Shown: positions 44,004-52,362 of the stretch, piece by piece | Numbering within the stretch: position 1 is the stretch's first letter | Layout: the number at the start of each line of letters is the position of its first letter | NCBI GenBank assembly: GCA_018815245.1 | Contig: JAHIXK010000014.1 | Location: forward strand, 82,508-146,507 | DNA: 64,000 nucleotides | Direction: 5' to 3' | Source of the DNA: Gammaproteobacteria bacterium | GTDB taxonomy: Bacteria; Pseudomonadota; Gammaproteobacteria; Burkholderiales; Burkholderiaceae_B | Notes under the pieces: generated by a model | The model's database searches: none | What the model saw: only the letters and a program-made list of their open reading frames with translations | What the model was told of the DNA's origin: nothing | Position numbers and translations under genes: made by a program

Positions 44004-44261
44004 GGCGGAAGAGAAGCAAAGCCCCTGCGGGCTTTGCGTGGGGGATTCGAAGCTTTTCGCCTACGAGCGAAAAGCCGGGAGAATTGACACAGCCAGTGAC
44101 GCGCAAGCGGCGCGCAGGTGTGGCATGTGGTGTTTCGATACTCAGAGAATCATGCCGAGCGGCGATGTATGCTGCGATTACCGTGTACAAGGTCTCCAAA
44201 GATGAACCGCCCCGGTTGAGTCGTTTGGGGGCTCCTTTTGGGTACTTACCCAAGTCAATCC
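44004..44261. repeat. tRNA-associated multi-hairpin element beginning with an interrupted inverted copy of the tRNA-Ser 3' end
   Basis: GGCGGA-a-GAGA-[25-nt hairpin]-GGGGGATTCGAA is the reverse complement of 43933-43954; further stems at 44016-37, 44052-75, 44122-56 and 44238-53. Confidence 0.75.
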
Positions 44262-44445
44262 TGAGCACTAGTATTTAAGAGCTGAGCTGAATAAATGAAG
44301 TTTTTAACTCATTTGATAAATTACTTTGCTGTTTTTCAGTGTTTAGTCTTCGGCTAGCCAAATTAAATTGCTCTAACTACTCAGTGAGTTGAAGCTCATG
44401 CGGTGTAGTTCAATACAAGCTACTAAAATGATCAGGGGATGAGCG

Positions 44446-45507
44446 ATGGATTTCAAAGACGGCATTGCTGAATTATCACGACGAATTAGCTCCACAATGG
44501 AGCACGCCAAAACAGAAGAGGCGGTTAAGACTGCGTTCATATTGCCTTTTCTCTCCAAATTGGGTTATGACGTTTTCAATCCAACCGAGGTAATTCCAGA
44601 GCTTACGGCTGATCATGGCGTTAAGAAAGGCGAGAAGGTTGACTACGCTATCAAACTGGACGGCAAAATTGCAATCTTGATTGAATGCAAGCAGCCGGGC
44701 GCACCGCTAGAGACTAAACACGCGGGTCAACTATTTAGATACTTCGCTGTGACCGATGCCAAGTTCGGGGTTTTGACGGACGGCATTCGCTACCTGTTCT
44801 TTAGCGATCTAGAGAAAGAAAATAAGATGGACGAACGGCCATTCTTTGAGTTTAACCTTTCAGATTACAGTGACAATGACGTCGAAGAATTAAAGAAATT
44901 TACCAAGCCTGGATTTGACCTCGAGACCATCTTGAGCACGGCTAGCAACCTTAAATACATGAAGGCTTTGAATCTTGAAGTTCGAAAAGAATTCGCTGGC
45001 ACCCCATCTGAAGAAATCGTTAAAATTTTTACTTTACGGGTGTATGACGGAAGATTCACTGCGCAAGTTAAGGACCAGTTCACCGAACTGCTGAAACGCT
45101 CCTTCGATAATTTTTTGAAGGAAAGCATCAACAGTAAGCTGAAGTCTGCATTTGAATCTGATCCTCCCAAAGGAGATGGCGTATCGGATTTACCCTCTGT
45201 AGATGGTGATTCTGATGGTGATGTTGATACAACTCATGAAGAGGTAGACGCCCACCGAATTATTCAAGCCATCGGTGCGGAGTTGGCTGACGTGGATAGA
45301 ATTGTGATGAGAGACGCGAAATCATACTGTGCAATTATTTTTGATGACAACAATCGTAAGCCAGTCGTACGTCTTCACTTCAACAAAAAGAAACTTGCAA
45401 TCGGGGTTTTTATCGGTAAAGAGGAGCAAAAGTTCGACATTGAGAAATTGTCGGAAATTTATAAGCAGAAAACATTGATACTTCAAAGCATTCAGCAATA
45501 TTTGTAA
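44446..45507 (+). CDS. stand-alone HsdR N-terminal-like PD-(D/E)XK nuclease (353 aa)
   Basis: TEEAVKTAFILPFLSKLGYDV, EKVDYAI, LIECK, GVLTDGIRYLFF; visibly AT-richer codon usage than flanking genes. Confidence 0.8.
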   Translation: MDFKDGIAELSRRISSTMEHAKTEEAVKTAFILPFLSKLGYDVFNPTEVIPELTADHGVKKGEKVDYAIKLDGKIAILIECKQPGAPLETKHAGQLFRYFAVTDAKFGVLTDGIRYLFFSDLEKENKMDERPFFEFNLSDYSDNDVEELKKFTKPGFDLETILSTASNLKYMKALNLEVRKEFAGTPSEEIVKIFTLRVYDGRFTAQVKDQFTELLKRSFDNFLKESINSKLKSAFESDPPKGDGVSDLPSVDGDSDGDVDTTHEEVDAHRIIQAIGAELADVDRIVMRDAKSYCAIIFDDNNRKPVVRLHFNKKKLAIGVFIGKEEQKFDIEKLSEIYKQKTLILQSIQQYL

Positions 45508-45642
45508 ATTGAACCGCCCCTCTTTCCTTATGCACTTTCAGAATCAGAAATACGTTGCGCTTTTAACTTTTGTCTGAACTTCCAACTCTCCCGGTGGCGC
45601 CCTAAAGGGCGTAGATAGCAGCATTCAAATCAGGAGTACCCC

Positions 45643-46248
45643 ATGTCTATCCCCAACGCCACCCCCATCAAAATCCAGGTCTGGACCGATTTCGTGTGTC
45701 CGTTTTGTTTGCTCGGTGAATCGATCATTGAAAAAGCCATTGAAGGTTTGAACGTTGAACTGGAATGGATGCCTTTTGAGCTGCGTCCGTACCCAACCCC
45801 TACTTTAAAACCTGAAGATGAATACCTGCCACGTGTGTGGAAGGCATCTGTGTACCCCATGGCTGAACGCCTTGGCGTGCCGATCAAGCTGCCCACAGTG
45901 TCGCCGCAGCCATACACCCGCAAGGCGTTTTTGGGTTTGCAGTATGCCAAGCAGCAGGGTAAGGGCAATGAATACGCCACGGCAGTGATGAAGGCGTTTT
46001 TTCAGCAGAACCAGAACATTGGTGAAGACGAGGTGTTGAAAGGCATTCTCCAAAACCTGGGTATGAACCCTGCAGGTCTGGATGCGTTTGTAAATTCTGA
46101 ACAAGCCAACGCGCAGCATGATGCGGACCTTCAATATGCAAAACAGGTGGGCATTCAGGCGGTGCCCTCGCTGGCGGTGGGTGCGCAGTTTTTCTCGGGC
46201 GTGCCCAGTGTACAGGCGCTTCGGGAAGCCATTCAACATGCACAGTAA
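45643..46248 (+). CDS. DsbA/FrnE-family thioredoxin-fold oxidoreductase
   Basis: WTDFVCPFC (CXXC), WMPFELRP, cis-Pro IQAVPSL. Confidence 0.85.
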   Translation: MSIPNATPIKIQVWTDFVCPFCLLGESIIEKAIEGLNVELEWMPFELRPYPTPTLKPEDEYLPRVWKASVYPMAERLGVPIKLPTVSPQPYTRKAFLGLQYAKQQGKGNEYATAVMKAFFQQNQNIGEDEVLKGILQNLGMNPAGLDAFVNSEQANAQHDADLQYAKQVGIQAVPSLAVGAQFFSGVPSVQALREAIQHAQ

Positions 46249-46338
46249 GGGCGCTGCTTAGGGATACTTCGGGTTTTCCGGCAACGTGTGTGCGGGTTAT
46301 TCTGTGAGCCAAACCTGCACCCACCACAAAAGGCCACC

Positions 46339-47673
46339 ATGAATTTATTTTCCAAACTTCAGCAACGTGCCGCTGAAGGCAAACCCCTTCGCGTTGGCAT
46401 GATAGGTGCTGGCAAGTTCGGCTCCATGTATCTTTCCCAAGTGCCACGCACGCCCGGTATTCACATGGTGGGCATTGCCGATTTGTCCCCGGCGCGGGCC
46501 AAGGCCGCGCTGAAAAATGTGGGCTGGAAAGAAGAAAGCTACGCGGCCACATCGCTGGAGCAAGCGGCCAGGCAGGGCAACACAGCGATTGTCGACGATG
46601 GCATGAAGCTGATTGAATCGCCTTTCGTCGACATCATTATTGATTCCACAGGCAACCCGGCTGTGGGAATTGCCCACGTGCTAGCCTGTTGCGAATTCAA
46701 AAAACACATTGTGATGGTGAACGTAGAGGCCGATGCATTGGCGGGCCCTTTGTTAAAGCGCAAGGCCGATGAGGCTGGCATTGTGTACTCGCTGGCCTAT
46801 GGCGACCAGCCCGCGCTTATTTTCGAGATGGTGGATTGGGCGCGAGCCGCTGGTTTTTCAGTGGTGGCCGCAGGCAAGGGCACCAAGTACCTGCCCACCT
46901 ACCACGAAAGCACGCCAGACACAGTGTGGAACCACTACGGCTTGACTGCTGAAGACGCTGCCAATGGCGGTATGAATGCGCAAATGTTCAACAGCTTTCT
47001 GGACGGCACCAAAAGCGCCATTGAAATGGCGGCGGTTGCCAACGCAACAGGCCTGACTGCACCCAGTGGTTTGAAATTTCCAGCCGTGGGTGTCGATGAT
47101 TTGGCACGCATTTTAAAGCCGAAAGAACACGGTGGAATTTTGGACCAGCGTGGGCAGGTCGAGGTTATTTCCAGCGTGGAACGCGACACACGTCCAGTGT
47201 TTCGCGACCTGCGTTGGGGCGTGTATGTCACCTTCGCGGCAGACAGTGAGTACGTGGCGCGTTGTTTCAAGGAATATGGTTTGATCACCGACCCCAGCGG
47301 GCAATATTCCAGCATGTACAAACCGTTCCATTTGATTGGCCTTGAGCTTGGAATTTCAGTGGCATCAATCGGTGTGCGGGGCGAGGCCACCGGTGCCCCA
47401 ATATGTTGGCATGGCGACGTGGTGGCCACAGCCAAACGCGATTTGAAAGCTGGTGAAATGCTGGACGGTGAAGGTGGCTACACCGTGTATGGCAAGCTGT
47501 TGCCCGCACAGGAATCGTTGACCTTGGGCGGTTTGCCGTTGGGCCTGGCGCATGGTGTGAAGTTGCTGAAACCCGTGAAAGCGGGGCAAGCTGTAAGTTG
47601 GAACGATGTGGCGTTCGACGCCAATTCCACGGCGGTGAAGTTCCGCCGTGAAATGGAACGAAGCTTTATTTAA
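46339..47673 (+). CDS. NAD(P)-dependent oxidoreductase, homoserine-dehydrogenase-like with C-terminal SAF domain (COG4091 type)
   Basis: VGMIGAGKFG Rossmann motif, NVEADAL, GDQPA, DGTKSAIEMAAVAN, SAF DVVATAKRDLKAGEMLDGEGG. Confidence 0.82.
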   Translation: MNLFSKLQQRAAEGKPLRVGMIGAGKFGSMYLSQVPRTPGIHMVGIADLSPARAKAALKNVGWKEESYAATSLEQAARQGNTAIVDDGMKLIESPFVDIIIDSTGNPAVGIAHVLACCEFKKHIVMVNVEADALAGPLLKRKADEAGIVYSLAYGDQPALIFEMVDWARAAGFSVVAAGKGTKYLPTYHESTPDTVWNHYGLTAEDAANGGMNAQMFNSFLDGTKSAIEMAAVANATGLTAPSGLKFPAVGVDDLARILKPKEHGGILDQRGQVEVISSVERDTRPVFRDLRWGVYVTFAADSEYVARCFKEYGLITDPSGQYSSMYKPFHLIGLELGISVASIGVRGEATGAPICWHGDVVATAKRDLKAGEMLDGEGGYTVYGKLLPAQESLTLGGLPLGLAHGVKLLKPVKAGQAVSWNDVAFDANSTAVKFRREMERSFI

Positions 47674-47690
47674 AACGCATTTTGCAAAAC

Positions 47691-48125
47691 TTATTTTGCA
47701 AAAATCTGGTCCATGTTTGCAAATGCCTTGAATTCAAGTGCATTGCCACATGGGTCCATGAAAAACATGGTGGCCTGTTCGCCCACCTGGCCTTTGAATC
47801 GAATGTAAGGCTCAATCACAAACTTGGTGCCCGCAGCTTTCAGGCGGTCAGCCAGTTCATTCCACTGTTCCATGGTCAAAATCACGCCAAAATGTTTGGC
47901 GGGTACGGCGTGGCCGTCTACGCTGCTGTTGGCCTTACAGCCTACTTCTTCTGGTGCCAAATGCGCCACCAACTGGTGGCCGTAAAAGTTGAAATCCACC
48001 CAGTGTGGGGCGCTACGGCCTTCTTCACAGCCAATTACCTCGCCATAAAACTTGCGGGCCACTGCAATGTCGGTTACCGGAAATGCAAGGTGGAAGGGTT
48101 GCAGGGTTGAATGTGTAGTGGCCAT
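47691..48125 (-). CDS. VOC/glyoxalase family protein
   Basis: PFHLAFPV, WVDFNFYGHQLVAH, HFGVIL, DPCGNALEFK. Confidence 0.85.
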   Translation of the reverse strand: MATTHSTLQPFHLAFPVTDIAVARKFYGEVIGCEEGRSAPHWVDFNFYGHQLVAHLAPEEVGCKANSSVDGHAVPAKHFGVILTMEQWNELADRLKAAGTKFVIEPYIRFKGQVGEQATMFFMDPCGNALEFKAFANMDQIFAK

Positions 48126-48231
48126 GTGAATTACCATTGAATTAGCGGTTGATCATTCGCACACTATAGGGTTGTTCGGGCTTCCCGGCCAATCGTGGAA
48201 ACCCGAGTATTACCGACAAATTAACAGCCGC

Positions 48232-50202
48232 CTAGGGCGTCACAATGTTGAAGTTGCCTGTGGCTTTTTCCAGCATGCCGAAAAACTGGCCTAGCTTCAG
48301 GGTGCTGCCGTCAATTTTGGTTTGGTCTGAGAACAGCAAATCAGTGGCTCCGGCCTCACCGGTCATCATGTTCAAAAAGAATGGTTTGTTTAAAGTGAGC
48401 GTGGCCGCAGAATTTCTTTCGGGCTTGCCGGCGCGGTGGTGCAACACGCTGTTGTTGATTCGCAGCACATAACTTTCCTGTGTGTCTGAAAAAACCAGGT
48501 TGATTTGAATGTCTTCGCCTTCGGCTTTCTCGCTGTTCAATGAGGCAGCCATTGCTTCCAAAAAGCGTTCGGTGGGGGTGTGTTTCAGCATGTTGAGAAA
48601 TGCCGTGCGTTTGAAACCTTCGGCATAGCCGCCCTCGCGCAGTTCCAGCGCGCCGGTCAGGTAGAAGTTGCGCCAGGGCGCAGACTCGGCCATGTAGCCC
48701 ATTTGGTCAAAACTTGTTGCCAGCAAGGCCTTGGCACGCGCATTCTCGGGCTCGGCATACACCGCATGTTTCAGCAGCTCGGCCGCCCAGCGGTATTCGC
48801 CCTTGTTCACCGCTTCTTCGGCCTTGTTCAGCAGGGCATCCATGCCACCCGCCACTTCAACATACTTTTTCGCAGCTTCAACTGGGGGCAGGGGGTTCAG
48901 GTTGGCAGGGTTGGCGTCGAACCAGCCCATGTAAAACTGGTAAACCGCTTTGACGTTGTGCGACACGGTGCCGTAGTAGCCGCGCCCACTCAGGAAGTTG
49001 TTCAATGCGGGTGGCATTGCCACCTTCTCTGCAATTTCCGTAGAGGTATGGCCCGCATTCATGTGGCGCACTGTTTGGTCGTGAATGAAGCGGTAGGTGT
49101 CGCGCTGTTTTTCCATGAAATTGCGTATGTTTTCTGCGCCCCACACCGGCCAGTTGTGTTGGTGAAACATCACCTCGGCATCGCCTGCGTAGCCAATGGC
49201 TTCGTCCATGTAACTGGCCCACTTCAGCGCATCGCGCACCTTGGCACCCCGTGGGGTGTACAGGTTGTGCAGGGTGTGGCCAAACAGTTCGGCGCTGCCA
49301 AACGCTTTCAGCGTGGGCAGGTAAAACACAAACTCGGAAGGGGCTTCGCTGCCGGGCACGTTGTGGAACATGAACTCAAGCCCGTCGAGCATGTGGGTTT
49401 CTTTGGCTTCTTTCACCACCAGCGTGGGCGGTAAAATGCCCACCTTGCCATAGGCCACAGCCTTGCCCAAACCATTGTCGACCAGGCCTTGTGGGCTGCG
49501 TGGCAGGCGTTTGCCGTACATGTAAACCGACCGCCTTGCCATGGCCATGCCCACCAGCAGGTTTTCACTGGTGGCTTCTTCCATGAAGCCAATCGGGGCC
49601 ACCACGGGCACCTTGCGTGTTGCAACTTCTTCGGCGCTGAGTACACCCAGCGCGCCACCAAAGTGGTCCACGTGGCTGTGGGTGAATACAATCGCCGTAA
49701 CCGGTTTGTTGCCAAGGTGCTTGCGCGCAAAGGCCATGGCGGCGCGTGCGGTTTCTTCACTGGTCAGTACATCGATCACAATCCAGCCGGTGTCGCCTTC
49801 AATCAGGGTTATGTTGGACAAATCAAAACCGCGCAACTGGTAAATGCGTTCGGCCACTTTGTACAAGCCAATCTGGTTGTTCAGGCTGGCCTGCCGCCAC
49901 AGGCTTGGGTTTACCGTGCTGGGGGCGTTGCCTTCAATGAAATTGAATTCGTCGTAATCCCAAATAATTTCGCCTTGATCATTTTTCACCTGCCCAGTCG
50001 GTTTGGCAATCAAACCCTTGCGGGCATCGGCGTTGTTGGCTGGGTCTAAAAGGTCGGTGTTCTTGGCCACCTCAGCGTGAAAGGCCTGTGTGGTTTCACT
50101 GGCAGCGCTGTTGGGGTCAAAGGGGGAGGGGGTTTTGGAACAGGCCGCCAAAAAAGTGGTTGTGCCTAGGGTAAAGGCTGCCAAAGCCATGGTTGTTTTC
50201 AT
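48232..50202 (-). CDS. alkyl sulfatase (BDS1/SdsA1-type metallo-beta-lactamase fold), predicted lipoprotein
   Basis: NPSLWRQA, THSHVDHFGG, HNLYTPRGAKVRD, QHNWP, C-terminal SCP2-like domain; lipobox LAAC. Confidence 0.88.
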   Translation of the reverse strand: MKTTMALAAFTLGTTTFLAACSKTPSPFDPNSAASETTQAFHAEVAKNTDLLDPANNADARKGLIAKPTGQVKNDQGEIIWDYDEFNFIEGNAPSTVNPSLWRQASLNNQIGLYKVAERIYQLRGFDLSNITLIEGDTGWIVIDVLTSEETARAAMAFARKHLGNKPVTAIVFTHSHVDHFGGALGVLSAEEVATRKVPVVAPIGFMEEATSENLLVGMAMARRSVYMYGKRLPRSPQGLVDNGLGKAVAYGKVGILPPTLVVKEAKETHMLDGLEFMFHNVPGSEAPSEFVFYLPTLKAFGSAELFGHTLHNLYTPRGAKVRDALKWASYMDEAIGYAGDAEVMFHQHNWPVWGAENIRNFMEKQRDTYRFIHDQTVRHMNAGHTSTEIAEKVAMPPALNNFLSGRGYYGTVSHNVKAVYQFYMGWFDANPANLNPLPPVEAAKKYVEVAGGMDALLNKAEEAVNKGEYRWAAELLKHAVYAEPENARAKALLATSFDQMGYMAESAPWRNFYLTGALELREGGYAEGFKRTAFLNMLKHTPTERFLEAMAASLNSEKAEGEDIQINLVFSDTQESYVLRINNSVLHHRAGKPERNSAATLTLNKPFFLNMMTGEAGATDLLFSDQTKIDGSTLKLGQFFGMLEKATGNFNIVTP

Positions 50203-50277
50203 GCTGTCTCCGGAATATTTTTAATTTCCCTTATTACAGCACAAAAGTGGCACGATGCGTGTCAGTATTTTATTGTG

Positions 50278-51678
50278 TCACTGGCTGAAAAATTTTGTGG
50301 TCACGGTGATGGCAAACACCGTGGCTAAAATTGCGGGAATCCAGAAGGCCACCGCAAAGTGGGTGTAGCGTTCAAGCCAACCTGTTTGGCTGCTCGCAGC
50401 CATTTCTGCCGCCATATTGTGGCGTTTCCACTGCCACACCACCAAGAGGCAAATCAGCAGGCCATTGAAGGGCAAAATGGTGTCATAGAACACATCCACC
50501 AACACATCGAAAAGCGATTTTTTGGCACCGGAATAAAACGCAAACTCGCTAAGCCATTTCACCTGTCCAAACGACAGTGCACTTAGCACTGCACCCACTA
50601 GTACGCCCGCAATCACCAAACCCAAGGCTTTGTTTCGGGTTTGTTGACCCTGTGCTTTTAGTGCGGCCACGGGCACTTCAATGATTGACACAAGCGATGT
50701 GATGGCCGCCACAAATGCCAGCAGAAAGAACATGGCCGCGATGAAGCTGGAAATCAGATAGCCGAACCTGGGCACCATGGCCATAAAAATGTTCGGAAAA
50801 AACGAGAAGATCAAACCCACGGAAGAATCGCTCAGTTCACTGGGGTTTGTGTTGGGGTAAATTGCAAAAATTGCGGGCAGGGTCATCAGGCCCGCCACCA
50901 GCGCAACGCCAGTGTCGGTTATGGCCAGCATTTTCGCCGATTGCACCAGGTTGTCTTGCTTGCGCAAATACGAACCATAGGTAATCAAAATGCCCATGCC
51001 CAGTGACAATGAAAAGAATGCCTGCGACAGTGCGCCGTTCACCACGCTCCAGGTAATTCTGTCCAGTTGCGGGGTGAAGTAAAACTTCAAGCCTGCACTG
51101 GCATTCGGTAGGGTCAGCACAAACACGGCAAGTCCAATCAGCATGATGAACAGCATGGGCATCAGCAGGCGGGATGCTTTTTCTATGCCATTGCGCACAC
51201 CGCCTTTCAGCACCAACACAACCATACCAATTACGCCCGCCAGGTAAGCGAATATCCAGGGGCTGGTGATAAACCCGCCGAAGTACACGGGTGTTGCCAG
51301 TTGGTCCAACTGCCCCAGCAGCACCAGTAAAAAATACCCCAGCAACCACACGGTGAGCACGCTGTAAAACACCGCGATCATGAAGGGAGTGACAAGTGAC
51401 AAAGCCCCGGCAAATGCCCACAACTTGTTGTTTTTGGAGACCTGCTTGAATGCGCCCAGCGGGTTTTTCCCGGTGGCGCGGCCCAGGCTGAGTTCAGCCA
51501 GTATGAGTGGAAGGCAAATGGCCACCACAAAAAAAATGTAAAGTAGCAAGAACGCACCGCCACCGTTTTTTGCGGCGGCCACTGGAAAAGCCACCAAATT
51601 GCCAATGCCCACAGCCGATCCTGCAGCTGCCAGCACGAAGCCGATTTTGGAACTGAACTGATCCGGGCTGTTTTGCAT
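50278..51678 (-). CDS. sodium-dependent transporter (NSS/SNF family)
   Basis: FSSKIGFVLAAAGSAVGIGNL, NGGGAFL, QAFFSLSLGMG, TYGSY. Confidence 0.9.
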   Translation of the reverse strand: MQNSPDQFSSKIGFVLAAAGSAVGIGNLVAFPVAAAKNGGGAFLLLYIFFVVAICLPLILAELSLGRATGKNPLGAFKQVSKNNKLWAFAGALSLVTPFMIAVFYSVLTVWLLGYFLLVLLGQLDQLATPVYFGGFITSPWIFAYLAGVIGMVVLVLKGGVRNGIEKASRLLMPMLFIMLIGLAVFVLTLPNASAGLKFYFTPQLDRITWSVVNGALSQAFFSLSLGMGILITYGSYLRKQDNLVQSAKMLAITDTGVALVAGLMTLPAIFAIYPNTNPSELSDSSVGLIFSFFPNIFMAMVPRFGYLISSFIAAMFFLLAFVAAITSLVSIIEVPVAALKAQGQQTRNKALGLVIAGVLVGAVLSALSFGQVKWLSEFAFYSGAKKSLFDVLVDVFYDTILPFNGLLICLLVVWQWKRHNMAAEMAASSQTGWLERYTHFAVAFWIPAILATVFAITVTTKFFSQ

Positions 51679-51714
51679 GGTGGTGCGGTTTCCTCTACAA
51701 AAAAGGACAACAAA

Positions 51715-52362
51715 TTGGGATTATTTGCTGAATTATACGACCGCCACGTGTTGCCCACCTTGCTTGATTTCGCATGCGGCATGAAAGCCATTAACCGTCA
51801 GCGCCAAAAAGTAGTGCCCAAAGCCACAGGCAAGGTGCTCGAAATTGGCATTGGCACGGGCCTGAACATGCGCCATTACGACGCCGCGAAAGTGGAAAAA
51901 ATCGTTGGCCTGGACCCCGCCATGCAAATGCACCGCCTTGCCAAAAAGCGCATTCAGAAAACAGCTTTAAGTGTTGAATTAATGGGCCTGCCCGCCGAGA
52001 AAATTCCCTTGCCCGACGCCAGCATTGACACCATTGTGATGACCTACACGCTGTGCACGATTCCCGACCCGGTGCAGGCTTTGAAGGAAATGCGCCGGGT
52101 TCTAAAACCGGGTGGAAAATTGTTGTTCTGTGAACATGGCGTTGCTCCGGATGAACCGGTTCGGCGCATGCAAAACCGTTTGCAACCCGTGTGGGGCAAG
52201 TTGGCAGGTGGTTGCCACTTGAACCGCGATATTCCAGCCTTGCTGAAAGCAGGCGGGTTTCAGGTGGATGACATTGAAACCATGTATGTGCCGGGCCCCA
52301 AAGCCTTTGCTTACAACTATTGGGGTGCCGCTTATTCGGAAGGCAGTCAAAAAGGCAATTAA
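51715..52362 (+). CDS. class I SAM-dependent methyltransferase
   Basis: VLEIGIGTG, GLDP, DTIVMTYTLC, LKPGG...FCEHG; TTG at 51715 after AAAGGA (ORF track start 51673). Confidence 0.85.
   Translation: MGLFAELYDRHVLPTLLDFACGMKAINRQRQKVVPKATGKVLEIGIGTGLNMRHYDAAKVEKIVGLDPAMQMHRLAKKRIQKTALSVELMGLPAEKIPLPDASIDTIVMTYTLCTIPDPVQALKEMRRVLKPGGKLLFCEHGVAPDEPVRRMQNRLQPVWGKLAGGCHLNRDIPALLKAGGFQVDDIETMYVPGPKAFAYNYWGAAYSEGSQKGN

Noticed and set aside
43972-44268. 98-aa minus-strand ORF (and a 64-aa plus-strand ORF) over the tRNA-downstream element
   Set aside because: The region is dominated by palindromes, and the translations have no protein-like features or RBS; non-coding structure explains it better.
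44371-45560. Complete integron / bona fide attC sites
   Set aside because: No integrase in the window, the upstream hairpin is about 44 bp, and no L''/L' pairing follows the downstream core site; only the weaker core-site observation is kept.
45529-45560. HxlR-type operator half-site (ATGCACTTT) upstream of the DsbA-like gene
   Set aside because: No second half-site and no cognate regulator in the window.
46290-46320. 9-bp hairpin 18 nt upstream of the SAF oxidoreductase start as a riboswitch or attenuator
   Set aside because: Single stem with no U-tract and no aptamer consensus; may be a weak terminator of the DsbA-like gene.
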